From a virus (Duplodnaviria > Caudoviricetes): a stretch of DNA of 37,504 bases. Below the pieces are notes generated by a model that saw only the letters and a list, made by a program, of their open reading frames with translations, ran no database searches and was not told where the DNA came from. Location of the stretch: the IMG/VR virus record IMGVR_UViG_3300029171_000026, positions 1-37,504 of that record. One strand, written 5' to 3'. The position numbers were made by a program, and so were the translations under genes. Each line of letters opens with the position of its first letter. Within the stretch, counting starts at the first letter, position 1. Positions 1-9,307 of the stretch are shown here, piece after piece.

Positions 1-17
1 GTTTCCCAGTCACGATC
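1..17 (+). other. Random-amplification (SISPA/Round A-B) primer tag, library artefact
   Basis: GTTTCCCAGTCACGATC; its exact reverse complement closes the contig at 37488-37504. Confidence 0.92.
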
Positions 18-20
18 CAG

Positions 21-136
21 GGCGGTGCTGGATCTGGTCGCCGTGGTGCTTCTGCTTCTGGTCGTTTTGGCGGCGGTGCTGGCGTTGCGGCTGCTTTGGT
101 TCAAGGTATATTTAACGCAACAATCCTTGGCGCAAC
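21..136 (+). repeat. 116-bp terminal direct repeat (circular assembly overlap), copy 1
   Basis: Identical to 37368-37483; lies inside a coding frame. Confidence 0.95.
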
Positions 137-794
137 TGAATCTGTCACTGTCGGGGCTGGTGGTGTAGGTGGTGCGGCAGTAACTGTTGACGACACAAAC
201 GGAAATAACGGAACGGCTGGCGGTCTTTCAAGCTTCGGTACGACTGTACTGCTGAAATCTCCTGCTTCTGCGGCAGGAAGCGGTGGGACTGCGGCTGCTG
301 GCTCTGCTGGTACTGCACAAACAACACAATTCGGTATGTTCAATAACATCCAAGTAACTGGCGGTATTGGTGGATCTACCACAGGCGGCACAGCCGCGAA
401 CAGAACAGATATGACGACTCCGGGTTCAGGTGGTGGTGCTGGTATTGCTGCGGCTAACGGTGCATCTGCTGGTGGTGCTGGCGGTGGCTTTACTGTCAAC
501 GCTGTCGCTCCTACGACTTCTGGTGGCGCAGCCGGTGGCTCTGGTGGTGGCAACGGTGGCGATACTGTTCTGGCTACATACTTTTATTCTATTCCTATTG
601 GTACAGGCGCAGGTGGTGGTGGTAGTCGTGGTGCTTCTGCTGGTGTTGGTGGTAACGGTGGTAATGGTTACACGGCTGGCGGTATCCATACCGGCGCAGG
701 TGGTGGCGGAGGTGCGGCAAGCCTTAACGGAAACAATTCAGGTAAGGGCGGCGATGGATCAAATGGAATTATCGTTGTCGTGACGGAGTTTTAA
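21..794 (+). CDS. C-terminal part of glycine-rich fibre-like virion protein (gene starts at 36594, ~515 aa when joined)
   Basis: Same frame as the open frame from 36594 through the overlap; Gly-rich body ending GGDGSNGIIVVVTEF. Confidence 0.8.
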   Translation, partial: GGAGSGRRGASASGRFGGGAGVAAALVQGIFNATILGATESVTVGAGGVGGAAVTVDDTNGNNGTAGGLSSFGTTVLLKSPASAAGSGGTAAAGSAGTAQTTQFGMFNNIQVTGGIGGSTTGGTAANRTDMTTPGSGGGAGIAAANGASAGGAGGGFTVNAVAPTTSGGAAGGSGGGNGGDTVLATYFYSIPIGTGAGGGGSRGASAGVGGNGGNGYTAGGIHTGAGGGGGAASLNGNNSGKGGDGSNGIIVVVTEF

Positions 795-980
795 ATGAAA
801 CGCATAGCAATGATTGACAGTGGTGCGGTTTTTAATGTCGCCATATGGAACGGGACAGATGATTGGAAGCCGAACTGTAAGCTGGTTGATGTTACAGATC
901 AGCCGCATGTTGAAATCGGTTATACCTACGAAAACGGTGTGTTTGTAAAGCCGGATGAAGAACCAACAGAAAGCGAATAA
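795..980 (+). CDS. Small protein, possible fibre assembly chaperone
   Basis: Abuts fibre stop; IWNG...IGYTYENGVFVKP resembles small proteins that follow Gly-rich fibres. Confidence 0.5.
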   Translation: MKRIAMIDSGAVFNVAIWNGTDDWKPNCKLVDVTDQPHVEIGYTYENGVFVKPDEEPTESE

Positions 981-1429
981 TGTCTTGTAATATTCTCTTA
1001 CAGACAGGCGGCAAGCTTCAACTGCAAAGCGGCGGTTTCTTGTTGTTGGAAAACTGTGTGGTTAATCCAGAGTTGGTCTTGCTCGGTGGTAAGGCTGTCT
1101 TCGGTCAATACCCCGGCATCCAAGGTTATTCTTATGTAACAAACTATCAGAAATATATCGCAGAGCTAGAGAAGACAAAATCAGAAATTGTCGAGAAGGA
1201 AGAGATTGTAAAAAATGTGCAATCTTTGGAACTTTCCGAAAGCACAGGGTACTATGATACCGTTGTTGGTTTTGATGCCAGTAAAGCAGACGCTGAATTT
1301 TATTCGGCTGTCGCTAGGGCACAAGAAGAGATCAGGGATCTAATCGCAAGAAAGGATCGATTGATACGGTTGATAGACGAGGAGGAGTCAATCTTGGTTC
1401 TTTTATTGTCCCAGCCGTTTGTCACTTAA
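980..1429 (+). CDS. Hypothetical virion-associated protein
   Basis: TAATG coupling; N-terminal LLQTGGKLQLQSGGFLLLE motif, then coiled coil. Confidence 0.55.
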   Translation: MSCNILLQTGGKLQLQSGGFLLLENCVVNPELVLLGGKAVFGQYPGIQGYSYVTNYQKYIAELEKTKSEIVEKEEIVKNVQSLELSESTGYYDTVVGFDASKADAEFYSAVARAQEEIRDLIARKDRLIRLIDEEESILVLLLSQPFVT

Positions 1430-1446
1430 CAACAAAGGAATTAAAT

Positions 1447-2244
1447 ATGTCTATTGAAAACACTGAACCGACTGTTGCAATTGAGCCACAAGTCACCGAT
1501 ACAGTGGAAGTCTCTGAAGGTACAGAGGTTAATCCGACTGAAGATCAAGGCCTAGAGCCGGTCAAGCAGGAAGAAGATACCCCATTCCCCAAGAAGGCAA
1601 TCAACGCGCTTTCCAGACGCGACAAACAAATTGGAAAACTTCGTGCCGAACAACAGTATCTGCGTCAACAGCTTGAAGCCTTGCAAAGCAAAGCCCCAAG
1701 CCAGCCTACGAAACAAGATGGTACACCAGACGAAAACCAGTTTGAAACGTATGGCGAATATCTAAAAGCAGTTGCCCGTTATGAAGCGCGTCAGGAACTT
1801 GACCAAGGCAAACAGCAAGCCGACAAAGCGGCTGCGGATAGCAAAGAACAAACTTGGATGATGGAACGCGCAGAGAACATCGACAATCTTGTCGAGGAAG
1901 CTTCTGCAAAAATCCCTGATTTCCAGTCTGTCATTGGCGAATACGCAGAAGACATTGCCGACTTGCCGCCACATATCAAACGCGCTTTCCTTGAAGCAGA
2001 AAGACCAGAGATGGCCTTTTATGCCTTAGCTAAGGAAGGCAAGTTAGAAGCGATTTCGAACATGTCAGCTTATCAAGCGGCAATTGCTATCGGAAAAGCG
2101 GAAGATCGTGGCCTTGCAATGGCACAGTCCAAACCAGTAACAAAAGCCCCACAACCAATTGCTGCTGCAAAAGGTACGGGAACAGCAACAAAGAGCTTAG
2201 AAACCATGACTCCGAAAGAGCTTATGAACTGGGCTAAATCTTAA
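1447..2244 (+). CDS. Scaffolding protein
   Basis: Acidic N-terminus, helical charged body, directly upstream of coat; AAGGA RBS. Confidence 0.8.
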   Translation: MSIENTEPTVAIEPQVTDTVEVSEGTEVNPTEDQGLEPVKQEEDTPFPKKAINALSRRDKQIGKLRAEQQYLRQQLEALQSKAPSQPTKQDGTPDENQFETYGEYLKAVARYEARQELDQGKQQADKAAADSKEQTWMMERAENIDNLVEEASAKIPDFQSVIGEYAEDIADLPPHIKRAFLEAERPEMAFYALAKEGKLEAISNMSAYQAAIAIGKAEDRGLAMAQSKPVTKAPQPIAAAKGTGTATKSLETMTPKELMNWAKS

Positions 2245-2263
2245 ACCTTGAAAGGACTTCACC

Positions 2264-3505
2264 ATGAGCAATACAGTATTAACAAACAAATCAGCAGTTG
2301 GTATTATCGCCAAACTCGCTGCTGGCTATCTTGACGATCACATCCAATTCGTTAAGGCAATCGACAAAGCTGATGCAAGTGATTTTGACGGTAAAAACGG
2401 CTACCAAGCTGGTGATACTGTTCAGATCGCTATCCCTGCACAGTTTACTCTCGGCACAGGCGCAGATATTACATCCTCGATTCAAGATGTAGTTGAGCGT
2501 AAAGTACCGTTGACAGTAAGCAACCAGTACAACGTTCCAATCGCTTTCACCTCGGCTGAAATTGCTACCGACATGGCAATCAAAGCATGGGCAAAGCGTA
2601 TTCTCGAGCCACAGATGATCACTCTGGCGAACAACATCGAGAAGGCATGTTTGCAACAGGCTTATCTGGCAACCTTCAACCAAGTCGGCACACCGGGTTC
2701 TACAGTATTTGACACAGACACCATCCTGTCTGCTGGTCAGAAACTTGACGAACAGGGTTGCGCTGATTACTCGAACCGCTTTGTTCTTCTGAACCCAGCC
2801 GCTAACCGTTCTGCTGTAAACGCTCGTAAGGGTCTGTTCCAACAGTCAACGGCTATCGCTGAACAGTACAAAGAAGGCGCAATGGGTATGGCTGACGGCT
2901 TCACCTTCCTTCGTAACAACCTGTTGCCAACCTTTACGGCCGGTACACAGAACGTTACAGGCTTGACAGCTAGTGCAAACTTGACAGGCGCGGGATCGAC
3001 TTCTGTCGCTCTGGCTGGTCTTGGTAACGCTCTGACTGTTACGGCTGGTACTGTCTTCACAATCAACGGCGTTTATGACGTACACCCAGTAACAAAAGCA
3101 ACTCTGTCTTCCTTGAAGCAGTTTGTCGTTACGACTGGCGGTACATCTTCGGCTGGTGGTGCGTTGACTGTAACTGTTGCGGCTCCGATCTATGGCCCTC
3201 TGGATGGTGCGTTGCAAAACGTTTCCACTCTGACAGCTAGTGGTTCGACTGTAACCGTTAACTTCACGGCTTCGGCTTCTTATGCACAAAACATTGCCTT
3301 CCACAAGTCGGCTTTCCGTTTCGTATCTCTGCCACTGATTAAACCAGATGGCGTTGATATGGTTGCACAGGAAACTGTAAACGGTATCACGGTTCGTATT
3401 GTACGCGCTTATGACGTACTTAAGGATCGTATGGTAATGCGCGCTGACGTTCTCTGGGGTATGGCTAACGTCCGTCCAGAGTGGTCTTGCCGTATTACGG
3501 GCTAA
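2264..3505 (+). CDS. Major capsid protein, P22 gp5-like
   Basis: 413 aa; GDTVQIAIP, NIAFHKSAF and RADVLWG...RPEW motifs; highly biased codon usage. Confidence 0.92.
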   Translation: MSNTVLTNKSAVGIIAKLAAGYLDDHIQFVKAIDKADASDFDGKNGYQAGDTVQIAIPAQFTLGTGADITSSIQDVVERKVPLTVSNQYNVPIAFTSAEIATDMAIKAWAKRILEPQMITLANNIEKACLQQAYLATFNQVGTPGSTVFDTDTILSAGQKLDEQGCADYSNRFVLLNPAANRSAVNARKGLFQQSTAIAEQYKEGAMGMADGFTFLRNNLLPTFTAGTQNVTGLTASANLTGAGSTSVALAGLGNALTVTAGTVFTINGVYDVHPVTKATLSSLKQFVVTTGGTSSAGGALTVTVAAPIYGPLDGALQNVSTLTASGSTVTVNFTASASYAQNIAFHKSAFRFVSLPLIKPDGVDMVAQETVNGITVRIVRAYDVLKDRMVMRADVLWGMANVRPEWSCRITG

Positions 3506-3511
3506 TAAACT

Positions 3512-3542
3512 GGGGGCGGTTTAATCGCCGTCCCCTTTTTTC
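3512..3542 (+). terminator. Intrinsic terminator after coat gene
   Basis: GGGGGCGG/CCGTCCCC stem followed by T7. Confidence 0.85.
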
Positions 3543-3560
3543 TTATGAAAGGCTATCAAC

Positions 3561-3863
3561 ATGGCTAAAGTTACGATTACAAACGAAGGCGCATTTGCTG
3601 ATGACATTCGCCGTCAGATCAATGCGAACTTCACAGAGCTTTACGGCTCTAGCGGTACGGTAACGCTCAACGGCGCGAGTGCTGTTACTGTTGCTAACAC
3701 AGCAGTCACCGCGAACTCTATCATTGTTTTCACACTGAAGACGGTTGGCGGTACGGTTTCGCCAAACGCTCCGAACGTAAAGACAATCACACCCGGCACA
3801 GGCTTTACAGTTGCCGGTACTGCATCCGATACGAGCGTTTATAACTATCGTATTATCAGCTAA
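3561..3863 (+). CDS. Small virion protein (capsid decoration/head fibre candidate)
   Basis: Follows coat; short helix then Thr/Val-rich beta domain. Confidence 0.55.
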   Translation: MAKVTITNEGAFADDIRRQINANFTELYGSSGTVTLNGASAVTVANTAVTANSIIVFTLKTVGGTVSPNAPNVKTITPGTGFTVAGTASDTSVYNYRIIS

Positions 3864-3866
3864 ATG

Positions 3867-3894
3867 TATGGGGGTTTAATCGCCCCCATATTTT
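3867..3894 (+). terminator. Intrinsic terminator/hairpin
   Basis: TATGGGGG/CCCCCATA stem followed by TTTT. Confidence 0.7.
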
Positions 3895-3907
3895 AAAGGG
3901 GAATAAA

Positions 3908-4204
3908 ATGTCACTCAATATTAACAGCGATTCACTGGTTCTCTCTGCTTCGACAACTTCTGCCAACGGCACTCTGGTAAAGTCAATTAACTCCGGTTTC
4001 ATTCGCGTTATCAATGGCACTTCGGGTATTGCTTACGTCAAAAGCTCTCTCACGGCTTCGCCTGTTGCTGTCGCCACTGATATGGCTGTCGGCCCTAACT
4101 CTACAGTTATCTTTCAGAAACCACTTGATCACGTGTTTTATGCGGCACTTCTATCGACAGGCACAGGCCCTGTTGTCTTCACTGAAAGTGGAAACCCAGA
4201 CTAA
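3908..4204 (+). CDS. Small beta-rich virion protein
   Basis: Good RBS; position in head module. Confidence 0.55.
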   Translation: MSLNINSDSLVLSASTTSANGTLVKSINSGFIRVINGTSGIAYVKSSLTASPVAVATDMAVGPNSTVIFQKPLDHVFYAALLSTGTGPVVFTESGNPD

Positions 4205-4216
4205 AGGATTGTCAAA

Positions 4217-4912
4217 ATGACAACGGCTAGAACACTAATCACCAAGGCCATGCAAGCTATTGGTGTTCTGTACAAATCAGAAACCCCATCTTCTGACGAG
4301 ATTCAAGACGGTCTGTTTATGTTGAATAGCTTACTCTCATCTTTATCGAATGAGAGTTTGTCTATTTATGTACGTGTTACGGAAGAATTCCCCCTTTCTA
4401 ACGGGGTTATTCAATACAGCATCGGGCCGGGTCAGACGATGGATACGATCCGTCCGATCTATATCGTTCAGGCGCATGTGAGAGATCCTTCCGGTCTATT
4501 GGATTATAATCTGTCTGTTATTCCAGATGAAATTTACCAACAGATCCAGTTTAAAACACAACAAGGTATTACCCGATTCTTAAACTATTCCAACGGATAC
4601 CCGACTGGAACGGTTAAACTCTACCCTGCGCCTACGACTGGTTACAGCCTTATCATTACTTCGGAGAAGGAACTGACACAGTTTGAACTGGATGACGTTA
4701 TTTCCTTCCCACCGGGCTGGGAATTAATGCTAATCCATAACCTTGCGATTCTTTTGGCTCCGCAATACAACCAGCCTGTATCGGGTGAATTGGCAACAAT
4801 TGCAAAATCCGCAAAAAAGAACATTCAACAATCTGTAGCAAAGAACAGAACAATGGACGCGCAGGGCGGTGGACGCTCTACGGGTAACATTTATAACGGA
4901 TGGTATCGATGA
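4217..4912 (+). CDS. Head-tail adaptor, P22 gp4-like
   Basis: MTTARTLITKAMQAIGV...E..DGL.MLN and NLAILLAPQY motifs; synteny. Confidence 0.78.
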   Translation: MTTARTLITKAMQAIGVLYKSETPSSDEIQDGLFMLNSLLSSLSNESLSIYVRVTEEFPLSNGVIQYSIGPGQTMDTIRPIYIVQAHVRDPSGLLDYNLSVIPDEIYQQIQFKTQQGITRFLNYSNGYPTGTVKLYPAPTTGYSLIITSEKELTQFELDDVISFPPGWELMLIHNLAILLAPQYNQPVSGELATIAKSAKKNIQQSVAKNRTMDAQGGGRSTGNIYNGWYR

Positions 4913-6312
4913 AGACTGGCGTAACAGGCCAATCCAGACAGGAACGCTCATTACCGTTTAACGCCGAAAGAAACATGAATTTCTTTACGGTGACGGATGA
5001 AAGCGGAAAAGAGTCTACATCTAATTACGGAACGCCGGGTCTGGGATTATTCTCGGACTACGGGGTTGGGCCGGTTAGAAACTGTTTCTATTCCTCTACA
5101 GGTCGGGCTTTCTTTATCTCTGGTGGTATTCTATATGAATCCTTCAGCTCTGGGTCTGCGGTCTCTCGCGGCACTCTACAGAATTCCAGTGGCAATCTGA
5201 CAATAGATGAAAACCCTTTCCAGCTTGGCATTTGTGACGGTAACTTTGTTTATATGTTTACCTATGCAACAAATACATTCGTAAAGGTAACCGATCCAGA
5301 CCTTCCTGCGGCTGGGTCTATTTGCTTTCTGGATGGTTATTTTATTATCAATAAAGTCGGCACAGGGCAATTTTATATCTCTGCATTGAATGACGGTACA
5401 AGCTGGGATGCTTTGGACTTTGCCACAGCAGAAAGCTCTCCTGACGCGCTTTATCGTGTGATTAGCGCGGTGGGTCAGTTGTGGCTTTTGGGTACGGAAA
5501 CGGGTGAAATCTGGACAAATACAGGCGATTCAGCCTTTCCTTTTGAGCGTATCTCCGGTGCTAAAATGGAAATGGGTATAGCGTCCCCTTATACAGCAGT
5601 TGCGGTTGATAACTCTCTTTTCTGGTTAGGGCAGGATCGCCGTGGTCGTGGTGTGGTTTATCGCGCTAGAGGTTTCCAGCCCCAGCGTATCTCTACCAAT
5701 GCCATTGAATACGCCTTACAGAAGGTCGCAGACCTATCACAAATCACAGCCTATACCTATCAGCAAGACGGACATGTCTTCTATGTCCTGACGGGTGGTG
5801 GATTGGAAACAACGCTTGTTTATGATATTTCCACCCAGCTATGGCATGAAAGAGGGTTCCTTGAGTCTAACGGAACCTACGGCCTTCATTTGGGAGCATG
5901 TTGCATGTTCGCCTTTGGTAAAATCCTCTTAGGGTCAAGGCTTGATGGTAAACTCTATGAAATGTCATTCGATTACAAAGACGATGACGGAACGCCGATT
6001 AGACGCGAAAGAATATTCACGCATATCAGTGACGAGGGAAAAAACCTTCGCTATTCTTCCTTAGACGTAGGATTTGAAGTCGGGGTTGGTACACAGACAG
6101 GCCAAGGCTACGATCCACAAGCCTATCTTTATATCAGTAAAGACGGTGGAAGAACATGGTCTGATGGATATCCTCGCCCGATTGGTAAGGTGGGTAAATA
6201 CAACACTAAAGTCTGCTGGAGAAGAATCGCGGTTGACCGTCAGATGACGTTTAAGCTTGTCGTTTCTGATCCGGTGTGGTGTGCAATAACAGGGGCTTAT
6301 TTGAATGTCTAA
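4909..6312 (+). CDS. Tail hub / packaged DNA stabilization protein, P22 gp10-like
   Basis: DFATAESSPD, GHVFYVL...TLVYD and SKDGGRTW...IGKVG.Y..KV.WRR motifs; ATGA overlap. Confidence 0.88.
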   Translation: MKTGVTGQSRQERSLPFNAERNMNFFTVTDESGKESTSNYGTPGLGLFSDYGVGPVRNCFYSSTGRAFFISGGILYESFSSGSAVSRGTLQNSSGNLTIDENPFQLGICDGNFVYMFTYATNTFVKVTDPDLPAAGSICFLDGYFIINKVGTGQFYISALNDGTSWDALDFATAESSPDALYRVISAVGQLWLLGTETGEIWTNTGDSAFPFERISGAKMEMGIASPYTAVAVDNSLFWLGQDRRGRGVVYRARGFQPQRISTNAIEYALQKVADLSQITAYTYQQDGHVFYVLTGGGLETTLVYDISTQLWHERGFLESNGTYGLHLGACCMFAFGKILLGSRLDGKLYEMSFDYKDDDGTPIRRERIFTHISDEGKNLRYSSLDVGFEVGVGTQTGQGYDPQAYLYISKDGGRTWSDGYPRPIGKVGKYNTKVCWRRIAVDRQMTFKLVVSDPVWCAITGAYLNV

Positions 6313-6736
6313 ACGACTCCCACCACCTACATATGAGCCGTTAATCGCAGACGAGGGCGCGAACGCTACCCTTCCATGGATTTTGTTCTTTAGTGGTATT
6401 TATGAAGGTGATTCCGGTACAACGTGGACGCCTACCTTTACAGATTTAACCGAGGTCGGGACTGCGACAATCACAGGGACATATTATAAAATCACCCAGA
6501 AACTGGTTTATTTTGTGGTGACGATTACCCCTGAAACGAGTGTTTCATCTACGGCAGGAACGACATATATCAATAACTTCCCCCTTCAATTAACCAAGGA
6601 CGGAGCGTGTCTGGCTGTCTCCGGTGGGTTAGGTTCAAACGCTGGACACTGTGTCGCGTCAAACAATAGAATTTTCATTCCTTCACTCTCGGCGGTGACA
6701 GTACCGGCAACAATCGTGGGGCTGGCGGTCGTATGA
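6305..6736 (+). CDS. Tail-associated structural protein
   Basis: Position after gp10; TWTPTF beta-rich domain. Confidence 0.5.
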   Translation: MSKRLPPPTYEPLIADEGANATLPWILFFSGIYEGDSGTTWTPTFTDLTEVGTATITGTYYKITQKLVYFVVTITPETSVSSTAGTTYINNFPLQLTKDGACLAVSGGLGSNAGHCVASNNRIFIPSLSAVTVPATIVGLAVV

Positions 6737-7185
6737 TTGAATTTGCATTTGTTCATTTAAAAGACGCAATTGATGAAATCGCAGAGAATGCGGAATCACA
6801 CTTCGCCCAGATGAATGAAAAAAGCGACTACGGTGATTTAAATGTTGATTGGGATGCTTACGTATCCGCGATGAACGCTGGCTACATGTACGCTGTAACG
6901 GCGCGTAGTGAAGGGAAACTTATAGGCTATGCAGTATATCAGATCTCCCGTAACACACGCCATAAACACATTGTGGAAGCTGTATCAAACGCTGTATTTG
7001 TCGAACGGTCATTCCGTGGAAAGACAGCCGTTAATATGCTAAAGTTTGCAGACGAAAAACTGCGTGAAGTTGGGGTTAATCGGACTGAATATGTCCTTAA
7101 CGATAGCGGTGAAGGCTTGGCGCGTATCATCGAAAATCAGGGTTATGCGCCTAAATATAAAATATGGAGTGTAAACTATGTCTAA
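6733..7185 (+). CDS. GNAT-fold acetyltransferase-like protein
   Basis: GKLIGYA, FVERSFRGK (motif A-like), IIENQGY; precedes ejection genes as in P22-like phages. Confidence 0.7.
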   Translation: MIEFAFVHLKDAIDEIAENAESHFAQMNEKSDYGDLNVDWDAYVSAMNAGYMYAVTARSEGKLIGYAVYQISRNTRHKHIVEAVSNAVFVERSFRGKTAVNMLKFADEKLREVGVNRTEYVLNDSGEGLARIIENQGYAPKYKIWSVNYV

Positions 7186-8251
7186 GGTCAAAAGTCTTAT
7201 CGGTGCGCTTGCCCCATTAGCTGGTTTTACAGGTATTGGCGCACCATTGGCTGCGGCAATAGGCGCAGGCGGCGGCCTTCTTTCCGGAGGCGGTCTTAAA
7301 GGCGCAATCGGTGGTGCTTTGGGCGGGGCTGGCGCGGCTGGCCTTGGCGGTTCTCTTGGTACAGCTCTTACGGGCGCAACAGGCGCAGGGTCTAACGCTC
7401 TGGGTAGTGCATTAATCGGCGCGGCTGGTGGTGGCATCTCCGGCGGTCTTAAGGGTGCTTTGACAGGTGCCGCAACGCAAGGTGTCGGCGGTTATCTCTC
7501 TGGCGGTGGTTTTGGTCAGATTAAAGACGGTCTAAGTAATGTTCTCGGCACGACAGCCGGAACGCCATTGGCTAACGCTTCAGACCCGACACAGGGATCA
7601 GGGATTCTCGGTTCAATCTCTAAAGGTTTTTCTAACTTAACAGGTAATTCAACAGGTGCTGTATCTGGCGGCGGTTCGTCCAGTTACGGAAGCGGAGGAA
7701 ATATGAGATTAGGTGATCTTCTCGGTGATGGTAACTCTTACCTTGGTCAAGACGAAGCAAAGAAAAAGCTTTTGAAAGCTAACCAAGCGTCACAGGCTGT
7801 CATGCAACCATATGTCCAATCTGGCGCAGACGCTAACGCTCGTTTGTCTTCTCTCCTTGGTCTGGGTGGTAATTCAAGCCAGCAGAGCATTTCTGACGCA
7901 TTGACTTCAACGCCGGGTTATCAATTCCGTCTTAACCAAGGTCAACAGGCTTTGGAACGCTCTCAAGCGGCTAGAGGTGGACTGTTCTCCGGCCGCGCTC
8001 TCAAGGCTTCGCAAGAATACGGGCAGGGCTTGGCTGAACAGGAATACCAAAACGCAGTCAATAACCTATCACAGCAATCAGGCCAAGGCTTAAACGCTTC
8101 AGGCGCAATGTCTAACCTTTATTCTGACGCTGGCGGCGTAGGTGCGGCTAGCGCAATCGGCAGAACAAACATTACAAACGGCCTTTTGTCTTCGCTCTTT
8201 GGTTCCGGCAAAATGCAGTATGACCAGTATGGCAACCCTATCTTTATGTAA
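7178..8251 (+). CDS. DNA transfer/ejection protein, P22 gp7-like
   Basis: Gly-zipper N-terminus; TPGYQFRLNQG..A...S.AARGGLFSG.ALKA motif. Confidence 0.78.
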   Translation: MSKVKSLIGALAPLAGFTGIGAPLAAAIGAGGGLLSGGGLKGAIGGALGGAGAAGLGGSLGTALTGATGAGSNALGSALIGAAGGGISGGLKGALTGAATQGVGGYLSGGGFGQIKDGLSNVLGTTAGTPLANASDPTQGSGILGSISKGFSNLTGNSTGAVSGGGSSSYGSGGNMRLGDLLGDGNSYLGQDEAKKKLLKANQASQAVMQPYVQSGADANARLSSLLGLGGNSSQQSISDALTSTPGYQFRLNQGQQALERSQAARGGLFSGRALKASQEYGQGLAEQEYQNAVNNLSQQSGQGLNASGAMSNLYSDAGGVGAASAIGRTNITNGLLSSLFGSGKMQYDQYGNPIFM

Positions 8252-8260
8252 GGAATAAAA

Positions 8261-9307
8261 ATGCCTTTAGATTATTTTCTCCTGTCTGGCATTAAAACCA
8301 AGCAGGACTTCGACAGAGCAGAGCAAGAATTCCAGATGAAGAAACAGTTGGCGAACGCTGAACTGAAGAAAAATTCATATCTTGATGCTGATAAGCTTGG
8401 AGAACAGGCTTTTATGAAGGCGGCTATGGGACAGCCATTAACACCACAAGAGCAAGCGGCGTATAAATTCATTGACGCTAAAAGCGGTGGTCAGTCGTTT
8501 AACCCTGTCACGGGCGAGATCGTAACTAAACCTAGACTATCTGATAAGATTGGCTTACCCGGTCAAGGTATGAAAATACCTTCAGTTATGCAGGGAGCGG
8601 CTAACCCTCCGCCTTTAGCGGGGTTTGGGATACCTACACCACAAGGAAATGGCGTTGATATGTCTTTGCCCGGTTACGGTGATTTATCTTCAACAATCCC
8701 ACAGGCCCCAGTTAATGAATTTGATGCGGCATTTGAAAGAGAAATGGCGGCGGCGGCTGGTAATCCGAAACTTCAGCAATCTATCAAAGAAAAGCGCGCT
8801 AAAGACAATATGGGGTACAACGAAGAACAAGCGAAAGCGGCTGGATTTGCTGATCGTGTTAACGATTCAAACCCTATTTTCACTGACCCTAAAGCGCAAG
8901 CGGCTTTGGCTGATCCTTGGCAACGTGGATTGGCTTCTATTCCAATTGCTGGAAATTACCTTGTAAGCGATGACTATCAAGTCGGGGATCAGGCGACAAG
9001 AGATTATATTAATGCCCTATTACGCAGAGAATCCGGCGCAGTTATCTCTCCCGGTGAATTTGCGAACGCTAATAAACAATATATTCCGCAGCCGGGTGAC
9101 TCTGAAGAAGTCCTTCAACGCAAAGAAATTAACAGACAAAATGCTGCTGTCGGTATGGCTAGGTCGGCTGGACCTACATACAGACCAAAAACACAAGCGC
9201 AAAGCAAAATCCCTGCGAGTGTTGATATATCGAAAGCAAGACAAGCTAAAGACGGTAACTGGTACGCACAAGACGCTAACGGTCAATATTACAAGGTACA
9301 AAAATAA
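8261..9307 (+). CDS. DNA ejection protein (second, gp20 position)
   Basis: Synteny; INALLRRESGAVIS..E....KQYIPQPGDS motif. Confidence 0.6.
   Translation: MPLDYFLLSGIKTKQDFDRAEQEFQMKKQLANAELKKNSYLDADKLGEQAFMKAAMGQPLTPQEQAAYKFIDAKSGGQSFNPVTGEIVTKPRLSDKIGLPGQGMKIPSVMQGAANPPPLAGFGIPTPQGNGVDMSLPGYGDLSSTIPQAPVNEFDAAFEREMAAAAGNPKLQQSIKEKRAKDNMGYNEEQAKAAGFADRVNDSNPIFTDPKAQAALADPWQRGLASIPIAGNYLVSDDYQVGDQATRDYINALLRRESGAVISPGEFANANKQYIPQPGDSEEVLQRKEINRQNAAVGMARSAGPTYRPKTQAQSKIPASVDISKARQAKDGNWYAQDANGQYYKVQK

Noticed and set aside
1-17. Terminal inverted repeat suggesting a transposon or protein-primed genome
   Set aside because: It is a known amplification primer sequence; there is no transposase or protein-primed polymerase.
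21-136. Biological direct terminal repeat
   Set aside because: Lies mid-gene and abuts primer tags, so it is best explained as assembly overlap.
101-783. Pro-rich and hydrophobic alternative ORFs over the Gly-rich gene
   Set aside because: Shadow frames of GGN/GCN codon runs; no RBS.
2291-3304. Long antisense ORFs inside the coat gene (similar ones inside portal)
   Set aside because: Expected from biased codon usage; no start signals or recognisable motifs.
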